Virus record (IMG/VR): IMGVR_UViG_3300016722_000152 | Span: 1-40,349 of that record | Length of the DNA stretch: 40,349 nt | From: a virus | Taxonomy: Duplodnaviria; Caudoviricetes | Strand: one strand, 5' to 3' | Shown here: in pieces, positions 35,397-40,349 of the stretch | How positions within the stretch are numbered: the first letter of the stretch is position 1 | How the letters are laid out: the number at the start of each line of letters is the position of its first letter | The notes under the pieces: model-generated | What the model saw: the letters and a program-made list of their open reading frames with translations, nothing else | The model's database searches: none | Told to the model about the DNA's origin: nothing | Position numbers and translations under genes: made by a program

Positions 35397-35807
35397 ATGA
35401 AAAATTTAATTAACACCTTTCAATTAATTTTTACAGCAATAGGAGGGTATATGGGATGGTTTTTAGGAGGAGTTGATGGCTTTATGTATGCACTAATTAC
35501 CTTTGTAGTCATTGATTATGTTACAGGCTTAATGGTAGCAGTGCTAGAGAAAAAGCTATCAAGTGAAATTGGGTTTAGAGGAATATTTAAAAAGGTATTG
35601 ATTTTTAGTTTTGTTGGAATAGGAAATATTATAGATGTTCATTTAATCAAAAACAGTAGTGCAATTCGTACTGCTGTTATTTTTTTCTACATCTCTAATG
35701 AAGGTATAAGTATAATAGAAAATTCAGCAAAGATAGGATTACCAATACCACAAAAGCTAAAGGATATTTTAGAACAGTTAAATAAGGAGGAAAAGATTAA
35801 TGAGTAA
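35397..35807 (+). CDS. Holin, phage holin family 4
   Basis: IDYVTG, LSSEIGFRGIFKK, NEGISIIEN, GLPIP. Confidence 0.92.
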   Translation: MKNLINTFQLIFTAIGGYMGWFLGGVDGFMYALITFVVIDYVTGLMVAVLEKKLSSEIGFRGIFKKVLIFSFVGIGNIIDVHLIKNSSAIRTAVIFFYISNEGISIIENSAKIGLPIPQKLKDILEQLNKEEKINE

Positions 35808-36483
35808 ATTATGTTTTGATTATGGACATGGTGGAGAAGATCCAGGAGCAACTTATAATGGTAGAAAGGAATCTGATGACGTATTAAATTTAGGAAGAGA
35901 AGTAGCGGAAGAAGTAAGAAGACATGGGGTTACAGTAGATGAAACAAGAACTTCAGATGCTACAGTAAGTCTGAATGAAAGAAGTAGTTTTGAAAATAGA
36001 AACACATATGATTATTTTATATCATTTCATAGAAATGCTTATGAGGCAGAACAAGCTAAAGGAGTAGAAACATACACTTATTTAAATCCAGGAGCAAAAT
36101 CTAAAAGTTTAGCTGACAAGATACAGACATCACTTGCAGCTTTAGGATTTACAGATAGAGGAGTTAAGGAAGCAAATTACCATGTATTAAGAGAAACAAA
36201 AGCAGCTGCAGTTCTAATAGAAATTGGATTTATTGATAATAGTGAAGATAACAATTTATTTGATGAAAAAAGAAGTGAGATTATTAAGGTAATAACTAAA
36301 GCAATATTAGCTGAAGTTGGTATTGACTATATAGAAACTTCAGCAGAAACACAGCAAGAAACTGGACAAACTCTTTATAGGGTTATGGTAGGATCTTATG
36401 CTGTTAGAGAAAATGCTGAAAATCAAGTTCAAAAGTTAAAGGAAGCAGGTTTTGATGCAACAATTATGATTTTTAATAATTAG
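35800..36483 (+). CDS. Endolysin: Amidase_3 N-acetylmuramoyl-L-alanine amidase with SPOR domain
   Basis: DYGHGGEDPGA, SFHRNA, LIEIGFIDN; C-terminal LYRVMVGSY..NAE. Confidence 0.92.
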   Translation: MSKLCFDYGHGGEDPGATYNGRKESDDVLNLGREVAEEVRRHGVTVDETRTSDATVSLNERSSFENRNTYDYFISFHRNAYEAEQAKGVETYTYLNPGAKSKSLADKIQTSLAALGFTDRGVKEANYHVLRETKAAAVLIEIGFIDNSEDNNLFDEKRSEIIKVITKAILAEVGIDYIETSAETQQETGQTLYRVMVGSYAVRENAENQVQKLKEAGFDATIMIFNN

Positions 36484-36565
36484 CTTTAGATTTGCAAGCA
36501 ACTTGACTTCTATCAAGTTAAGAGTGATGTATAGTAGTACAAATTTGATAGAAAGGAGCAAGATT

Positions 36566-37729
36566 ATGCGAGTTAATATTATTAAGCCAACTGTAAAAGA
36601 GCAAAAAGAAAAGAAAAGAGTATGTGCTTATGCTAGAGTATCAAGTGTTCAAGACAAGCAAGGTGAATCTCTAGAAAACCAAATACAGTACTATGAAAAA
36701 CTTATAGCAAATAATTTAGAGTATGAATATATTGGTGTGTTTGCAGATAAAGGTATAACAGGAACAACTAAAAACAGACCTGAGTTTCAAAGAATGCTTG
36801 AGCTTTGTAGGGAAGGAAAGATAGATTTAATAATAACAAAGTCTATATCAAGATTTGCAAGAAACACGACTATTATTTTAGAAACTGTGAGGGAATTAAA
36901 AGATTTAGGGGTAGAAATAATATTTGAAAAAGAGAATATTAGAACTTTATCAGGGGATGGTGAGCTTATGCTTACTGTCCTCTCTTCTTTTGCCCAGGAG
37001 GAGAGCAAGAATGTAAGTGATAATGTAAAATGGAGAATAAAAAAGGAATTTGAAAGAGGGATTTATCATTTAAACACAAATAGGTTTCTAGGGTATGATA
37101 AGGATGAATTTGATAATCTGGTTATAAACAGAAAAGAAGCTAAAATAGTTGAAAGGATATTTGAAGATTATTTAAAGGGAAAAGGTACATTTGTAATTGC
37201 AAAGGAATTAAATATTGAAGAAATACCAACAGTGACAGGTGTCAAATGGTGGTCAAATACTATCTTTATGATACTGAAAAATGAAAAATATAAAGGGGAT
37301 ATTATTCTTCAAAAATACTATACGCCAGACCATTTAAAGAAAAAGCATATTATAAATAATGGTGCAGTTGATAGATACTACATTGAAGATAATCATCCAC
37401 CAATAGTTTCAAGAGAAGTTTGGGATAATGTTCAATCAGAAATTAAAAGAAGAGGAATTTCTAAGAGGCCAAAAGAACATCCATTATTGGGAATGCTATA
37501 TTGTAGTAAATGTGGAGCAGTTCTTAGCAGAAGACTTTGGAGTAATAAAACTCCATTCAAAAAATATGTATGGCAATGTAGTAATTATGTTAATAAATCA
37601 AAGCGTACCTGCACAGGTACTAAAATAGATGAAAAAGAACTTGAGAAAGTTAATATAGATGGGCCAATAATTATTAGGGAGGAATTCAGGGATGGCAAGA
37701 AGCATTACACTTATACCAGCAAGAGGTAG
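36566..37729 (+). CDS. Large serine recombinase 1
   Basis: AYARVSS, TKSISRFARN, AQEES, NEKYKGD, zinc ribbon CSKCG. Confidence 0.93.
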   Translation: MRVNIIKPTVKEQKEKKRVCAYARVSSVQDKQGESLENQIQYYEKLIANNLEYEYIGVFADKGITGTTKNRPEFQRMLELCREGKIDLIITKSISRFARNTTIILETVRELKDLGVEIIFEKENIRTLSGDGELMLTVLSSFAQEESKNVSDNVKWRIKKEFERGIYHLNTNRFLGYDKDEFDNLVINRKEAKIVERIFEDYLKGKGTFVIAKELNIEEIPTVTGVKWWSNTIFMILKNEKYKGDIILQKYYTPDHLKKKHIINNGAVDRYYIEDNHPPIVSREVWDNVQSEIKRRGISKRPKEHPLLGMLYCSKCGAVLSRRLWSNKTPFKKYVWQCSNYVNKSKRTCTGTKIDEKELEKVNIDGPIIIREEFRDGKKHYTYTSKR

Positions 37730-39104
37730 TGGAACAAATATTGCAGAGAATATACAACCACAGAAGAAAAGAATGGCAGCTTACTGTAGAGTTTCCACAG
37801 ATCAATTAGAACAGTTATCAAGTTATGAAGCACAGGTTAATTATTATACTACATTTATAAATAGTAACTTGGACTATGAATTTGTACGAATTTATGCTGA
37901 TGAAGGGATTTCAGGAACTAACACTAAAAAGAGAGAACAATTCAATAAAATGATTGAAGACTGCAAGGCTGGAAAGATAGACGTAATTATAACTAAATCA
38001 ATTTCAAGATTTGCAAGGAACACTCTTGATTGTCTAAATTATGTAAGAATACTTAAGGAACTTCATATTGCAGTTATTTTTGAAAAGGAAAATATTAATA
38101 CTTTAGATTCAAAAGGTGAAGTTTTACTTACCATACTTAGTTCGCTTGCACAAGATGAATCAAGGAGCATTTCAGAGAATACTACATGGGGGATTAGAAG
38201 AAAATTTGAACAAGGAAAGGTTTCAATAAATCACACAAAATTTTTAGGATATGATAAGGGAGAAGATGGTAATCTTATTATTAATGAAAAACAAGCTAAG
38301 ATTATAAGAAGGATTTACAGAGAATTCCTTGATGGAAAAGGTCCAAGTAGAATAGCAAGAGAATTTGAAGATGAAGGAGTTCAAATTTGGAATGGAAAAT
38401 CAAAATGGTATGACACCACTATAGGAAGTATACTAAGTAATGAAAAATATAAAGGAGATGCAATTCTTCAAAAGAGTTTTTCGGTAGATTTTCTTACAAA
38501 GAAAAGAGTGAAAAATAAAGGAGAAGTTCAACAGTACTATGTTGAAGACAGCCACCCTGCAATAATAGATAAAGAAATGTGGGAAGCAGCTCAGCTTGAA
38601 ATGGAGAGAAGAAGAACTTTTATAGAAAAGTATGGATTAAAAAAAATAGAGTATGCATTAAAAAATAATATTTTTTCAGGAAGAGTTATCTGTGGACACT
38701 GCGGCAGTTCTTTTGGAAGAAAAATTTGGAACTCTACTGATGAAAGATTACGAAGGGTTGTTTGGAGATGTAATAGAAAGTATGTAGTAAAAGGTAAAAA
38801 GAGCTGTGATAATAAACATATAGATGACAGCGTTTTATACAAAGCTTTTATAGATACATTTAACGCTATGATTGAAAATAGGGATTACTTTATGGAAAAG
38901 TGGTATGAAGAAGTACAAAATGAAAATGCATTAGTAAGATATAAAGCAAAACAGTTTATAAAAATTATAGAAAATGCAGAGCTAATAAAAGAATTTGATA
39001 TGGACTTGTTTTTTAGGATAGTTGAGAAAATGAGTGTACTTGATGGAAATAAGATTATTGTAACTTTGCTTGATGGTACAGATGTTGAATGTGAAATTGA
39101 ATAA
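37692..39104 (+). CDS. Large serine recombinase 2
   Basis: AYCRVST, TKSISRFARN, AQDES, NEKYKGD, CGHCG. Confidence 0.94.
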   Translation: MARSITLIPARGSGTNIAENIQPQKKRMAAYCRVSTDQLEQLSSYEAQVNYYTTFINSNLDYEFVRIYADEGISGTNTKKREQFNKMIEDCKAGKIDVIITKSISRFARNTLDCLNYVRILKELHIAVIFEKENINTLDSKGEVLLTILSSLAQDESRSISENTTWGIRRKFEQGKVSINHTKFLGYDKGEDGNLIINEKQAKIIRRIYREFLDGKGPSRIAREFEDEGVQIWNGKSKWYDTTIGSILSNEKYKGDAILQKSFSVDFLTKKRVKNKGEVQQYYVEDSHPAIIDKEMWEAAQLEMERRRTFIEKYGLKKIEYALKNNIFSGRVICGHCGSSFGRKIWNSTDERLRRVVWRCNRKYVVKGKKSCDNKHIDDSVLYKAFIDTFNAMIENRDYFMEKWYEEVQNENALVRYKAKQFIKIIENAELIKEFDMDLFFRIVEKMSVLDGNKIIVTLLDGTDVECEIE

Positions 39105-39118
39105 GGTTTGTATGTTGT

Positions 39119-39170
39119 ATAGCCAGTTGAGGATGATAGAGTCATTCTTGACTGGCTATTTTTGTTTTTT
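39119..39170 (+). terminator. Intrinsic terminator
   Basis: ATAGCCAGTTGAGGATGA-5 nt-TCATTCTTGACTGGCTAT followed by Ts. Confidence 0.85.
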
Positions 39171-39322
39171 AAGAAGATATGAGGAATTTATATATGATGA
39201 TACAATGGTAAATTTGTGAAAAATATGGTAAAATGATGTATCTTTATGTATAATTACAGTGTACTATCATGCAGATTTAGATATAGAGTGAAGTTAATAA
39301 AAAATTTGTATTTTAGTCATAC

Positions 39323-39356
39323 ATGGACATTGTGTGTCTATCTAAATGGTTATAAT
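39323..39356 (+). promoter_or_regulatory. Putative WYL operator and -10 box
   Basis: ATGGACA-TTGTG-TGTCTAT imperfect palindrome (39323-39341); TATAAT at 39351. Confidence 0.55.
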
Positions 39357-39380
39357 TAAAGATAGATAGTGGTGATAAAT

Positions 39381-40349
39381 ATGATTGATGAAAAAGATGT
39401 AAAGGTTAATCGCATATTAACAATATACTCAAAATTAGTACATGGTGAGATTGTTAATAAAAGAGAAATGGCTGAATTATTTAATGTGAATAAAAAAACA
39501 ATTCAGAGGGACTTAGATGATATAAGAGCTTATTTTTATTATAGTCGAGAAATTCAAGGAGCTAAAGATATCATATATAAGCGCGATAAGAAGGGCTATT
39601 TTCTTGATAATAGAGATGATGTGTTAACAAAAGAAGATATTTTATCAATAACAAAAATATTACTTGAAAGCAGAGCTTTTTGTAGAGAGGAACTAAAGCA
39701 TTTGACCAATTCTATATTGGTACAGGTTGATAATGTGCAAAGAAAGTATATTAAAGATATAGTTGGTAATGAGTTATTAAATTATGTTCCTTTGATGCAT
39801 AGTGACTTTCTGTTATCAAAAATATGGGATTTAAGTGAATTAATAAGAAGTAAGGAATTAACACAAATAACCTATATAAAGATTGATGGCATGGAAGTAA
39901 AAAGAATAGTTAAGCCAGTAGCGATTATCTTTTCTGAATATTATTTTTACTTAATAGCCTATTTCAATGATTTTGACTCACCAACTGTATTTAGAGTTGA
40001 TAGAATTAAAGCGTATAAAATAGTAGGAGAAAAATTCTATATACCAAGCGCAGGAAGATTTGAAGATGGAGAGTTTAGAAAAAGAGTTCAATTTATGTAT
40101 GCAGGTAAGCTTATGAAAATAAAATTTGAGTTTACAGGATCTTCAATAGATGCAGTATTGGATAAGTTGCCTACAGCAAGGATCATAGAATCGTTAGAAA
40201 ATAAATTTATAGTAGAAGCTGAGGTTTATGGTAAGGGAATAATGATGTGGTTATTAAGTCAGGGGAAGAATATCAGAGTAATCTCACCAGATGATTTTTG
40301 TAAGGATATTATAACTGAAATTAATCAAATGAGAGAATTGTATAAATAA
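39381..40349 (+). CDS. HTH-WYL-WCX transcriptional regulator
   Basis: FNVNKKTIQRDL HTH; YFYLIAY..FRVDRI WYL; WLLSQG..VISP WCX. Confidence 0.92.
   Translation: MIDEKDVKVNRILTIYSKLVHGEIVNKREMAELFNVNKKTIQRDLDDIRAYFYYSREIQGAKDIIYKRDKKGYFLDNRDDVLTKEDILSITKILLESRAFCREELKHLTNSILVQVDNVQRKYIKDIVGNELLNYVPLMHSDFLLSKIWDLSELIRSKELTQITYIKIDGMEVKRIVKPVAIIFSEYYFYLIAYFNDFDSPTVFRVDRIKAYKIVGEKFYIPSAGRFEDGEFRKRVQFMYAGKLMKIKFEFTGSSIDAVLDKLPTARIIESLENKFIVEAEVYGKGIMMWLLSQGKNIRVISPDDFCKDIITEINQMRELYK

Larger units (their letters stand above)
1..39170 (+). mobile_element. Temperate siphovirus-type prophage with tandem large serine recombinases (boundaries approximate)
   Basis: Ordered immunity, replication, packaging, head, tail, lysis and integration modules, with no obvious disruption of core ORFs. 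att sites were not found. Confidence 0.93.

Noticed and set aside
33859-35410. 15-bp inverted repeat AATGAAAAATTTAAT at the starts of the antisense gene and the holin, flanking the receptor-binding gene (possible invertible segment)
   Set aside because: The match is almost all A/T and is a common low-GC gene start. It does not extend further, and there is no alternative cassette or dedicated invertase.
4103-39145. Many short alternative-frame or antisense ORFs in the track (e.g. 7555-7869, 9183-9467, 13742-14023, 27685-28122, 28339-28698)
   Set aside because: They are nested in well-supported genes and have no recognisable motifs.
39105-39320. attR site after the recombinases
   Set aside because: No matching sequence was found at the left end. 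Serine integrase cores are too short to call by eye, and attL may lie outside the window.

Overview
A low-GC, Clostridium-like temperate siphovirus prophage fills essentially the whole window, with almost all genes on the + strand. Order: XRE repressor and ImmA-type metalloprotease; an SOS-box promoter with an unannotated Com-like zinc-ribbon ORF and a structured leader; a sigma-region-4 protein; a replication module (Cas4-like DUF2800, DUF2815 SSB, family A polymerase, sporulation-type sigma factor, VapE primase-helicase, VRR-NUC, SNF2); an orphan MazF; a late activator; HNH and a candidate cos; a ParB-methyltransferase; an amidoligase and GGCT; HK97-type head genes; a long non-contractile tail with a -1 frameshifted chaperone; holin and amidase; two tandem large serine recombinases; and a WYL regulator at the window edge. 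Four morons interrupt the late region. The best candidates for undescribed systems are (i) the induction switch at 1585-2031, with repressor operator, LexA box, Com-like protein, terminator and RBS-occluding hairpin in series, and (ii) the two-gene moron between terminase and portal. att sites could not be identified. All family calls come from motif recognition by eye, not from database searches.
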